A stretch of 63,533 nt of DNA, filler included, from Octopus bimaculoides (Eukaryota): assembly GCF_001194135.2 (NCBI RefSeq). It is 5 parts of 5 records of this genome, joined end to end, with 100 filler letters (N's around TTAATTAATTAA, not from the genome) between each part and the next. Parts side by side here need not be neighbours in the genome. Positions count along the whole stretch, not along the records: positions 44,582 to 56,633 come from NC_068997.1; positions 56,734 to 62,413 come from NC_069007.1; positions 62,514 to 63,533 come from NC_068981.1; 2 more parts are not named here. One strand, 5' to 3'. The translations under genes and the position numbers were made by a program. Shown one piece after another: positions 51,721 to 63,533 of this stretch (its first letter is position 1; every line of letters starts with the position of its first letter). A model generated the notes under the pieces. It saw only the letters and a program-made list of their open reading frames with translations, was not told the origin of the DNA and searched no databases.

Positions 51721-54700
51721 ATACATACATGCAAATAACCCTTAATAGATGAAGTTTACTTCAACATTGATAATATACCTTATCAGATGACATTAAAGGT
51801 TATATATGATGACACTAAAGACAGTTTAATATTAAATATATCATCTTTTAAAATCTAGATGTTGTACAGAACAGACATAATCCAGTTTATATAAATCTAT
51901 AAGAGAATTATGGTGAAGGTTTTCCTCTAAAACTGTCTGTTTCACTGGACTGTTGAATTTTATTGAATAACCTGAGAAATCTTGCCTGGACCAATTAGTT
52001 AGCAAGGTTGTGCATGAAAAAAGAGATTTAGATTCCTGTAGGTAGCAATTTTTTTTCTTTTTATATATGAGTGCAGTCTGTTATGTATATAGATTGAACA
52101 ACACTGATAGCTTCCTGGGTCAATGAAGACTTTTATGAGTGAACATGGTAGATGGACACTCTTCAGCATGCGTCAACATCAATACAAAAGTGCATAATCC
52201 TTCTTATTTTTTTCCAACTTATCCTATTCAAAAAAATACATAGCAGAACTGTCAAATTTTATGAACAGCACGTTTCACAGTTAAATCACAGTAAGGAACA
52301 ATGGGTGTTAGTGAGATGAAAAGATTAGGAATGGCTAAACGTATATAGTGAGAAAAAGAAAATCCCATATCTCTATGGGATGTATTAAATAGAGAGCCAT
52401 AGTGGAAACTTGGAACAAAAATAATATATTAGTTTTTGAAAACACAATTAGAAAATCCAGTGCTGACCAGCTTAAAATAAATGCCTTTACTGGAGATCAG
52501 AGTTAAATAATACTGATTACATTAGGCTATTGATACAGGTCCATGCATCAATAGCCTAGTGTGCAACAGTGCTTCAACGGTTAGCTTAGAAATACACCGT
52601 CTGCTTTATTAAGGGTTGCCTTAGGAGTATGGGTGGCTTCTATCTCTTAAAAATCTAATTCTTCGAGTTTTCCAAATATAACAAGACTTCATCATTCATT
52701 TTATGATTAATGTCAGGTCCTTTTACAAAGTTGAGTTTTACGATAGCTACATTTGAATGTCTACTTTAATATTATGAAAAAGAAAAAATAAGGATTTGAA
52801 GTAAAAAGAAACAAATATCAATTTCAAAATGATTGTTTTCTTTATTCCACAAATTTATACATAAGACATCTGATCTGATAATTTTGGCTCAGAAAAAGTT
52901 GTTATATATGGATTGCAATGTATCACAGATATGCTGTGTAAGATCACAGTTGAAGTTATGTTACAGATGACCTGCTACTTCTGCAACCAGCATATAAAAA
53001 CAATAACTACCGCATCTATTGTAATGACAGTCACGTTTAGATAAAAACTCTATGAAAATGGATGAAATAGTCATTAGGTTTTTAAAAATATTGATTATAT
53101 TACAAGTTATTGTTTTCTCTGGAAAACACAAGGTAACACTCACATAAACGTTACAAATACACCCTGCAACATAATGCATGTATTTAACCTCTTCCATGAT
53201 CAGTAAGGTACAAGAATATCCTGTCTGTCAAATATAACTCAACATATGTTACAAGCTCAGGAAGGGTATACTTATTGCACAGAAATTAACACTTTCAGAC
53301 AATATTTTTAAATGAGTAACTTGTACATTTACATTAGAGTGCTTTATACATATGTTCACACACATCAATGGATGATATTGCAATGCATATATAATAAAGC
53401 ATGCACAACACAAAAATGATTGGAATGTTGTACCAGGAGATAACGTTATAAAATATATTTCATATTACAAAACATGATTTGATATTTAATCATCCATTAT
53501 TTGAATATGAATGGTTTTGTAAATTAAATGATAACAATATATATATATGTTACTATCAACATGAATTTTAACTTGGTCAACACGTTTCATCCATCCTTAT
53601 TTCAAAAAAAAAAAACAAACTCATTTTATGAACCTGACACTAAGTTCTAAGTTAAGTAGAATTTTAGTTTATCAAAACAAGCAACTTTCAATTCAGTTAT
53701 CTTACAGTTAAATATGAATAAGAATAATAATAAAGCTGAAATAAAGAACAAGTATATAATGTGTGTGGTTAATTGACAAAATGAAAAAAATGACCATACC
53801 CTATTAAAACAACATATGATTTCATATCAGGAATCTTGCAAAACAAATATATATATATGTCTTTGCTCCATCAAATAAAGAAGAAAAAAACATGCATATC
53901 TATTACTTCCTGATTTGATGTGAATCCCTTAATTCTTAATTTTTATAAGAAATTATAGAAGTTTATAGATGTTTAAGTCTTTAATCTGCAACAAAGCATG
54001 AATTTTAGTTCTTGTAAATATTGCCATGTTTAATTTCATGCTCTTAAAAGTGAATGTATCTTATATATTCTGAACCAAAAAGATACTTGACACTTTTTGA
54101 CAATACTTTATAAATTGGCTGACATAACTTATCCAAAGGATTGCTTTCATATTAAACGATACAGCTCTAACAATCAACATGTGTGTGTGCGCTCATGTGT
54201 GTGTGTATGTGCACACACAAACAAGTTATAGCAAATTTCTAGTTGATCTAATACAGTAATTTTAAAAGTACAAAGCAAATAATAGGAGGACATGTTATGT
54301 CCAATACAGACAGGTCTATAAATGAGTTACTGAATATAGATTTAGAAGTCAAAAATACTTTCCGATATCATTTAACCCAACATAAGAAGACCAACTTTTT
54401 TGATGAGTCTATAACATAAGGCTGCAAAACATGGCTTTGATTTGAAATATTCAAATTAGATATAGTTATCATTTAAGAAAGTAACAATTACATAAAGGTC
54501 TACTTACGTAAGGATAGTCTGGGACTATTTTTAATGTTACATCTGTTACAAAACACAATTATCTATAAGCTCAAAGAAGGAAAACTGGGGTCAAACTGAC
54601 AGAAATTGAAAAGGATGTCACAATACAAAAAATTGAAGCCCTAAATCTTTTAACTTGCACATTCATTTAATTCAATTATAGTTTTTCAGTATGTTACTTC

Positions 54701-54811
54701 AGCAGCAAATGTTTACACAAAGTAACTCTGACAGTGATTTGGATTTTCTTACAAACAGTTTCTCGGCCGCAAATGATTTGATACAATCTCTGTTGTTATT
54801 CTGTTCCCTTT

Positions 54812-55016
54812 TCAAAAGCTGAAATGGCTACTTCCTCTTAAAGCTTCAAGGTCTAGAATATATGCAGAATTAGACCCATCTTCAAGCTGAGTGATGAAAT
54901 CTTTCAGTTCCAGTTCCTTTCCAAGCTGATACTGAAGACGTATATCTTTGCAGTGTGTTAAAAGTTTCTTTATGTTATCTAAACACTGAGGAGGTTTTTG
55001 TGTCATCTGTTTGTAC
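54812..55016 (-). CDS. Probable terminal coding exon of an unidentified host gene (YKQMTQKPPQCLDNIKKLLTHCKDIRLQYQLGKELELKDFITQLEDGSNSAYILDLEALRGSSHFSF*)
   Basis: Strong acceptor (T)n-ATACAG at 55017, 67 open complex codons to TGA, then ~3 kb of largely repeat-free AT-rich sequence resembling a 3' UTR. Confidence 0.55.
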
Positions 55017-55651
55017 CTGTATAAAAAAAAAAAAATAAATAAAATTTGCATAATTTTAAAATTCTAACTGGTCTTTCAAAAGTATTACAAATACATTAAA
55101 TCTCTCATTCCACTTTTCACAACCCAACAACCGTCTAATATTCAGATTATTCTGGCAAATTTGATACTTATTAATTCTGTTTTGAATTAATCATGCATTA
55201 CCTTGTAATTTTGAGATTTCAATGATGATGTGATTGTATATTTTTAGAATAACATTGTAGGGTAGATGTAAGAGAGCATCGTTTGACAGTTTGAACATTA
55301 CAACAGGTAAAATATTTGGGCTGGAGGTGGCTGGTTGAAATGCGAAAGGTTTGAAAAGAAAAAAAAAATGTTACATGCTAACTATCTGGTCAAATTTTGT
55401 TCTTAAGAAATAACCATTAAGACACCTCGCTCTTTGTCATTTTCTAATAATAAGAACTGCTTGCAGATAATACAGCTATATTGCTTCATTATCTTATAGC
55501 TCCTTTGCACAAATCCTTACAGTACTTTCTCGTAATGACTTTACAAGATGTCAACATTACTACTTCCTTCATCCACTTCTCCAGTAGTCGTAACGAGAGT
55601 TGCATGGGTCTTAATAAATCACCATCAAACGGCAGAAACACGAGGCCTTAC

Positions 55652-55677
55652 CCTGGAGGAAAGACAGTTTGGGACAT
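55652..55677 (-). CDS. Candidate upstream exon (MSQTVFPPG) of the same gene
   Basis: GG|GTAAGG donor at 55651 is phase-compatible with the 55016 exon, giving a 635-nt intron. The 5' boundary is uncertain; the frame is open back to ~55746. Confidence 0.35.
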
Positions 55678-55867
55678 GACGTTGTTAAAGCAATAACCTT
55701 GGTAACCTCTTGAATCAAAGCAATACCCAAGCTGCCTTTCAAAAAGTTATATTTTTGCGCTGTTTACAGTTTCCGTGTACAAGTGCTTTCAAGTGAAGCT
55801 GGGCCAAACCGCTAAATCACCAGGCCGATTTGATTGAAATTTCAGATATGCATTAGGTATGTTCTGC

Positions 55868-55973
55868 GAGATCAGATTGGAGCCTGGTGCAGCCATCTGG
55901 TTCGTCAGTCCTCAGTCAAATCGTCCAACCCATGCTAGCATGGAAAGCGGACGTTAAAAGATGATAATGACGA
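55868..55973 (+). mobile_element. Short RTE-type 3' tail fragment
   Basis: Matches 51615-51720 (AGATCAGATTGGAGCCTGGTG...GCATGGAAAGC.GA.GTTAAA). Confidence 0.85.
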
Positions 55974-57649
55974 TTTCTGCTGCCTTCTATATGATTGATT
56001 ACCTCAAGTATGTTTAATCATAACATTAAAGTGACCAATTCAATGGAAAGGATACCAATTTACAAAACGCATGGCGGCTACGTGTTGCATGAACCTCTTG
56101 AGGGCGACATTCCGACTGTTGACCATTAACCTTCTTCAACTGGGAGCAATCTATCACTCAAGCGGTTCCCTCTTAGGAAACGCTGAAATTGTTCAACTCG
56201 TTCTCTTCCTATACATTTATCTGTGTGCTTTATTCTATGGCTTCATTCGCAAGTGTATGGTTCTAATCTGCACTGGGCTGAGGAGTAAGGTGTTGAAACC
56301 AAGCAACATATCATTTCATACAACAAATGTAATCATAACGACGATCAATGAAACAAATGCATTAAAATAATTACACGAAGAAGTAACTATCTCTTACACA
56401 CCATTACAATTTACATAAAATAACAACACTTAAACAGTCGATAAAACTAAATACATACATCCTCTCTCCCACCATTATATTTTACACCATTACATTTTAC
56501 ATCAAATACAAACTATTCTAAAGCAACAGGTCATTTGACACAACATCTTCATGAGACACGTGTTCTGATTCATCTATTCAGCACCACTACAGTCTTGCCC
56601 ATCTGACATATGGTGAGTAGATGCTATTGTCGTNNNNNNNNNNNNNNNNNNNNNNNNNNNNNNNNNNNNNNNNNNNNTTAATTAATTAANNNNNNNNNNN
56701 NNNNNNNNNNNNNNNNNNNNNNNNNNNNNNNNNATACATTTACTTACATATTCATTTTATGCAATTAAATTAGAATATTTATAATCTTATTAAGGGTAAT
56801 GATTGCAAACTTTCCATGTTGGTGTTTGCATCATTATGACAATGGGTAGTATTAAAGATAGTTAAACATTAACTCGTTTAGTTTAGTGACCATAAAAGGC
56901 AATATTTGGCTTAATGTTTATTTAAATATTTAATAAATTAAATAATACGAACTCATTTAATCAGTGTAATAATATTTACACATCTAGTTGTTGGAATGTC
57001 AAATATATTAAATTTTAATCAATGTTAAGATATTTATTACATTTCGCATTAAAAATTAACATTTAAGTTAGCGCTAAAGTATTTATTGTCTGCAATATTA
57101 TATTACAATATTTGTTTTCTCTCTATCTATCTCTCTATCTCTCTCTCGATCTTTTCTGTCTGTCGGTTAGTCTGTCTATTTACCTATGTCTTTATTTATA
57201 TATGTATGTATACAGCTATGAATGTGTGTGTGTGTATTTATAAATCTATCTGCCTTTCTCTCTCCAAGTAGACAGATAGATAAATAAGTTACATAAATAT
57301 ATAAAAACATGTGTTATCCTTCAATCGTTTCAGGTGTTGGACTGCGGCCTTGGTGGAGTACCAGCTTAAAGGGTCTTAGTTGAATGGATCGAGAGTTCTA
57401 ATTGCTTTTTAAGGATTGGTTCCTATACTTTCGGTCTCATTTGTCGAACCACGTGCACGAATTATTTATTTATAGTGAGCATATTTATGTGTGCTGCAGC
57501 TAATATAGGTGTGCTGCATATTAGGTCGGTCTCTCTGTTTTCCGAACAGGTACATTTATATACATTACATATATACATATATTTATATATACATCCATAC
57601 ATACACACATCACACACACACACACACACGCACACATACACACACTCAA

Positions 57650-57880
57650 GGCGGCGAGCTGGCAGAAACGTGAGCACGCCGGGAGAAATGCTTAGCGGTA
57701 TTTCGTCTACCGCTACGTTCTGAGTTCAAATTCCGCCGAGGTCGACTCTGCCTTTCATCCTTTCGGGGTCGATTAAATAAGTACCAGTTACACACTGGGG
57801 TCGGTATAATCGACTTAATCCGTTTGTCTGTCCTTGTTTGTCCCCTCTGTGTGTAGCCCCTTGTGGGTAGTAAAGAAATA
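57650..57880 (+). mobile_element. Full-length, probably young SINE family 2 copy with perfect 18-bp TSD
   Basis: ACACATACACACACTCAA at both 57632-57649 and 57881-57898. Confidence 0.93.
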
Positions 57881-58318
57881 ACACATACACACACTCAAAT
57901 GCTGACACAGTAATAAAACTGATGCTTCCTATTATGGCAAAAACTTCCCTACCAGTCACTATTCTTTTATTCTTTTATTCCTTTCGTAGGTCTGTCCCCG
58001 AGCCTTATTATACTTTCTACCAATTTTGTTGTCGTTTATGGCTGGAATCGTTCTATGATTGAATTTGTCGCAGATGATCTTCAACGAATGTAACCCTGAA
58101 TGTTTGGCAGCAGATAATCCTTGCGCCTCTTCCTCAATATCAGTTCCTGGAGATTCCTTGATTATTGTAATTATTTCCTTTCCTTATTTGGTTGGTGTTA
58201 GCTCCAGTAACCACCAAGCGATTGTTTTACTTTCCCTGGAAACGAAGATGATTTCTCTAAATTGAGAATTAATCTTGTAAGGTATTTAATATACACATTA
58301 TTCGTTTTCGTTACACAC

Positions 58319-58383
<65 letters not shown>

Positions 58384-58759
58384 TACACAAGCATACATTG
58401 ATTGTGTTTGTATATATGTCTGTAATGGATAGTGTACGTGCTTATGTGTCGGTGTTTTTGTGAAGCTAGTTTTTGCTGACATCTGAAATCTATCCCAAAT
58501 GCTGAAGTAGTGTTTGATGTATTTCAGAGCAGCACATATTTAATGTACGTGCCATTTCCAACATGTAATAAATAGATTGGAATATGATGAAATTTGCTAG
58601 CTGGAATCCGGCACGCAATATACAACACGTGAATGACACCTGCGTTTGTGATGTAATAATAAACCATTAAATCACACACACACACACACATGCATATATA
58701 TATATATATATATATATATACGGTGGGGTGTCGATATCTAGAGGAATATATATGATGTA

Positions 58760-58798
<39 letters not shown>

Positions 58799-59962
58799 CA
58801 AGAGAGGGAGAGAAAGGGATAGACAGGGACTGAAAAGAGAGATATGAGATATAAGGAGAGAAGGAAATATACAAGCAACATGATAAATTGAAAATTTATA
58901 AGGAAAGAAAGCGAATAAGAAGGAAATTGAGACAAAGAGTAGAAATATCTACAAATATTTCCGAAACACACATTTTACATATACGACATTGTATTTCAAA
59001 ATTAATAAGGCTTTCCCCTATTCCTAAGGTAGGAAGCCCCACAAAAACTCTACATTTAAACAATTATGAGTTATAAAATAGCGTTGGAGTTCGCTTGAAG
59101 CATTTTGGTATCGAAGTAGAATTATCGATCCAAAATGGTACAATCAATGTAAATACACATTTATTTGACTGTATTCTGCTGAAGATAGAGCTTTGCGCCC
59201 GAAATATAAAGGTTTTTAAAACTTTTTCGCTTTGTTAAAAGCTTTCCTTATTTCTCATTTCATTCACGTTTCGTTTCTGGAGCTATGAATTATGTTTAAA
59301 TGGGAGATAGAGACAGTTTCGTTTATTTTATTATATTCTATAAATGTATGTAGAACGGATAGTTTCCTCAAATGTTTACAATACACGAAAATGTTAGTTT
59401 TAAAACAACTCCGTCTAACCGTTTGGAAGATAATGAATGAAACTCTATTTCACCGCTAGATTTGCTAAGAATCTCAGACAAATCTCTCTCAAATCATTTA
59501 CAACATCTTAAAAATGAAGGCCACTTGTCGCAAGACAATTAATAAATTGTTGTATGCCAACGGTAAGATTTCAACGAGATTTGATGGAATATTCACAGTG
59601 GCGTCATCAAAAATTAAGTCAAATTTACATCACATAACACTGTATTATCCTAAAAGAGAGCCAGCGAAAATATCTGTTGCTCATTGTAGAATTATTAGAA
59701 TTATTAAAATCTCACAGAAGATTTATTAACCCATGTTAAAATGTATCATATATATCGGATGTTTCAGTCCTGCCTACAATATACTAGGAAAGTAAAAGCA
59801 CTTGTGAGGTTAGAATGCCAATCAATTGTTAATTGGTCTTCACAGTTACCTTCTAGCGGACATCAAGAGAAACTCTATAGTTAAATCTCAAGAATGATGG
59901 TCCAGATAGTATGCTCTATTGCGGTCATTTAAAGCGCTAGAAATAGTTGGGGGATCTTACTT

Positions 59963-60053
59963 ATGGTTGAGGATTATAACCGCCATGCAATGAACGGAAC
60001 AGAATTAGCTTATTTAACGGGAAAGGCAAACAAATCTGGTTCTACTAAACGCG
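59963..60053 (+). CDS. Candidate exon (MVEDYNRHAMNGTELAYLTGKANKSGSTKR), product unknown
   Basis: Open frame ending at a consensus G|GTGAGT donor, phase 1. Confidence 0.3.
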
Positions 60054-60393
60054 GTGAGTGTTCTTTATGCATTTTACACTTGGACGACTGAATTTTAAAA
60101 AATGAAACGAAAGACGTCATTAGGTGAACATAACGAATCTTGCTGGAAGTATTTCGAGGTATTTCAATTTTTCATTGATTATTATGTTATCCAGACTGAT
60201 TGATCCCAATTTCAATGTCGATCTATTTTGGGAGTATTGTGGAATGGAATAATTAAAATAATCTTTGTTTGGTGCGTAATTTCTTGCTTATGGAAAATAA
60301 TAATAGTTGTCCATTTTTCAGGATTGTGTAGAAGAACGCAGGTGGATGAGCATAAACGGAACTAATTAGCGGACGACTATTGCTATTTTGCAG

Positions 60394-60567
60394 ACAGCTT
60401 AGAGCGAAAGGAACCATCAATTTTGGTCGACCTTCTTATAAACGTCAATAGTAACAACGAATCCACACGCAAGCCTACCTTTAATATAGTTCTCAGGAAA
60501 ATTCAGCGTCACATAAAATGTGACAAGGAAGGACCTTTTGTGTACAAGAATTACGCATTTTCGGCAG
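60394..60567 (+). CDS. Candidate 174-nt phase 1-1 exon (DSLERKEPSILVDLL...GPFVYKNYAFSA), product unknown
   Basis: TATTTTGCAG acceptor, CAG|GTGAGT donor, open frame, phase-compatible with 59963-60053. Confidence 0.38.
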
Positions 60568-61249
60568 GTGAGTGCACTGGTGCAATGAGAAATAAAGCGT
60601 CTTACGCAAACCCGCAACGCGTCATCAGGTATCGAACGCATCTAGTGTGTGTGTGTGTAAAATTGTTACCGGTGGATACATTCTCCATTATGGGCTCTAT
60701 ACATCATTAGCGAGCATCGAAGAAAATCTTTCAGGCCTAATGGATAATTTTCAGAAATCTCTCACCTAGCAGTGTTACCGGTTGGGGCAGTGGGGGGGGG
60801 CAATTGGTGACCCGGAATAGACTCTACAGGCATGGTGGTGCAGTTACCTGCTCCTGCCCAAGATGTGCGCTCTCTTTGCCACTGCGTTTCGTCTTTCTCT
60901 TTGTCATTATATATATGGATTATTTTTCCATTTGAGAGCGGTCGGTTTCATGTTTAGTATTCTCGTTTGTGAGAGCGGTTCAGATATCATCATTCTAAAA
61001 TCCATCGTTGAGAGGATGTTGGTGTTAATTTGGCAGAAATTTGCGATGTCTTGAGTGCTCTCGTTATTGTTGTTATTATTGGAAGCGACGAACTATGAAT
61101 CCTTAGCGCCCTTTACGTTCTCCGTTTAAATCCCTCCTTGATCGCTTGGAATATTAATCTATTAGGGGTCGATAAAATAAAGTACCAGTCAAGTACAATG
61201 GTGGATGGCTACGAGTAATCCCCTCCCATTTGAATTCCTACTCGAAGTA

Positions 61250-61440
61250 CTTGTAGCAGCAGCAGCAGCGGTAGTAGTAGTGGCAGTAGTAGTCGTAGCA
61301 GTGGTAGTATTATTATTACTAGTAGTAGTAGCAGTAGTAGTGATAATATTAGCAGCAGCAGCAGTAGTTGTGGTAGTAGCAGCAGTAGTAGTAGTAGTAA
61401 TAGTAGCTGTAGTTTTAGCTCTAGTAGTAAGTAGTAATAA

Positions 61441-61500
<60 letters not shown>

Positions 61501-61534
61501 CTGTAGTTGTAGCTCTAGTAGTAAGTAGTAATAA

Positions 61535-61567
<33 letters not shown>

Positions 61568-61635
61568 CTGTAGCTCTAGTAGTAAGTAGTAATAGTAGTA
61601 GTAGTAGTGGTAGTAGTAGTAGTAGTAGTAGTGGT
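61250..61635 (+). repeat. (AGT)n/(AGC)n compound microsatellite
   Basis: Direct reading; internal recurrence of GCTCTAGTAGTAAGTAGTAATA. Confidence 0.95.
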
Positions 61636-62317
61636 TGTTGTTCTTTGTTGTTTGTTGTTGCAGTCGATGTTGCTTCCATTATTCTTTAGCTCAGGTAAAA
61701 CCTTCTCGTGACTCGAGCAAATTATAAATCTGTCTCAGTAGCTTCTATTTGATGTATGTTATTGCCCTGCCACATACGTGAAGGGAATTGTTGCAGGTAG
61801 GTAAGAGTTTACCACGACTGTTGTTGTTGATGTTGCTGTCGCTGTTATTGTTGTTTGTGATTGTTGCTGCTTTGTTTTTGGAGCCGTTCTTGTTGGTCTA
61901 CTTATGTGTTTTTTTCTACTTTTTCCCTTCTGTTCATAAATTTCTCTTCCCTCACATCCGTCGCTGCCTTCTCGATTTCTTTCCGAGGTGGATCATTACA
62001 TTGTTCTTTATTTCCTTCAATTCAAAATTATTGCCACACTCTTATTATCAAATTATCTGCTTACCCCTCAGCGAACAGGTACTCGCGCAAAATCAATGCC
62101 TGTGTATATATTTTTATGCACCCCACTACACACATATATACTTATATGAGTTTGTATGCATACATATATACATGTGTGTGTCTGTGTGTATGTATGTATA
62201 CATAAATACCTGTATATAAATGTGTATAAATACGTGGGAATAGTTATAGCTATACATATTTGAATATAAACCATGTATAATACATATGCATGTACGTATC
62301 TAGAAATATGTAAGTAC

Positions 62318-62362
<45 letters not shown>

Positions 62363-62525
62363 TATATATTCATATATGTATATATAAATATATATATGCA
62401 TATATATTCATATNNNNNNNNNNNNNNNNNNNNNNNNNNNNNNNNNNNNNNNNNNNNTTAATTAATTAANNNNNNNNNNNNNNNNNNNNNNNNNNNNNNN
62501 NNNNNNNNNNNNNAAAAAAGTGTAT

Positions 62526-62903
62526 GAGTAGTGGTGTGGTTAGAAGCTTGCTTCCCAACCACATCGTTCTGGGTTCAGTCACACTGCGTGGCACCTTGGG
62601 CAAATGTCTTCTACTATGGCCTCAGACCGACCAAAGCCTAGTGAGTGGATTTGGTAGACGGAAACTAAAAAAGCCCATCGTATGTATGCATGTATGTATG
62701 TATGTATTTGTCCCCCCCACCACCACCACCATTGCTTGACAACCGATGTTGATGTGTTTACGTTCCCGTAACTTAACTATTCGGCAAAACAGTCCGATAG
62801 AATAAGTACTAGGCTTACAGAGAATAAGTCCTAGGGTCGATTTGTTCGATTAAAGGCGGTGCTCCAGCGTGGCCGCAGTCAAATTGACTGAAACAAGTAA
62901 AAG
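62526..62903 (+). mobile_element. SINE family 1, near-complete copy
   Basis: tRNA-like head, internal (TATG)n, tail ending GACTGAAACAAGTAAAAG. Confidence 0.88.
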
Positions 62904-63282
62904 AAAAAAAGAGGGGGAAAAGGAAAGAAAATTCACAACGACAATGCCCTCCTCAGTATGTGTGACGTACCTGTTAAGACTATCTTTTGCACTTCCTGCA
63001 TGGATGGTAAGCCAGGAATCATTCTTAAATAATTTTCAGTTCCTTTTTTGATCATTCCAAGTGCTCCTACAATCACTGGTATTGTAACCGTCTTGAGATG
63101 TCACATCTTTTCGATTTCGATGAACCAATCTTTATATTTTCTGAGCTTACAAAATTCTTTTGCTGACTTTCCCCCTTCCCCCAAAATTCCCCCTTGTGCC
63201 AAAATTTGAAGCCATTATTATTAGTATTGTTACGAAAAATTATATTCAGATAATTTCTCATTCGTATGACGTGAATTAGAAC

Positions 63283-63405
63283 ACTTTACCTTTCATCCTT
63301 TCAGGGTCGATAAATTAAGTACAATCGAGTACTGGGGTCAATGTAATTGACTTAACCCCTCCCCCCCACCAAATTCCAGGCCTTGTGCCTATAATGGAAA
63401 GGATT
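63283..63405 (+). mobile_element. SINE family 2, 3' fragment
   Basis: CCTTTCATCCTTTCAGGGTCGATAAATTAAGTAC core; ends in (ATT)n. Confidence 0.82.
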
Positions 63406-63431
63406 ATTATTATTATTATTATTATTATTAT

Positions 63432-63533
63432 TGTACAGCTTCTAACACTGGAGATGTACTGCGGTGTCAGCTGTTCACTACCAGTGAGCTAAGGTAACAC
63501 CTTTTATTTTTCAAGCACCTTCCGGAGTATTCG
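63432..63533 (-). mobile_element. 3' end of a third R4/Dong-type subfamily with (AAT)n tail
   Basis: Minus strand reads RILRKVLEK* (typical TARILRKVL C-terminus), a ~70-nt UTR, then (AAT)n. Confidence 0.65.

Noticed and set aside
54812-55016. Assignment to TFB5/GTF2H5 or SWI5
   Set aside because: Only a few scattered residues match; not enough to name a gene.
59990-60004. MNGTE as a rhodopsin-like GPCR N-terminus
   Set aside because: A five-residue coincidence; no transmembrane segments follow in the candidate exons.

Overview
AT-rich, repeat-dense animal genomic DNA, mostly intronic or intergenic. The SINE/LINE families and microsatellite load resemble an octopus (coleoid cephalopod) genome; this is recognition from memory, not a database hit. 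Four identical 100-bp spacers (44 N + TTAATTAATTAA + 44 N) split the window into five blocks: 1-19458, 19559-44481, 44582-56633, 56734-62413 and 62514-63533. True adjacency across the spacers is not guaranteed. No rRNA, genuine tRNA or CRISPR was seen. Mobile content: three tRNA-headed SINE families, an internally deleted mariner, an L1/Tx1 relic, an RTE 3' end, Penelope-like relics with decayed hammerheads, a hAT MITE, a Chapaev-like fragment and several R4/Dong-type (RLE) fragments. Best leads: (1) Dong/R4 retroelements anchored in (TAA)n together with a ~555-bp non-coding element sharing that tail and target; (2) a 5.25-kb CpG-saturated ACGT/ACGA satellite with inversions and higher-order repeats, preceded by a ~220-bp tandem repeat; (3) a pre-miRNA-like hairpin at 31536-31613; (4) a 1-kb foldback element with internal TTAGGG repeats; (5) a 23-residue STPR-like repeat ORF; (6) a possible small spliced gene on the minus strand near 55 kb. 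Protein-family calls rest on remembered motifs and need HMM confirmation.
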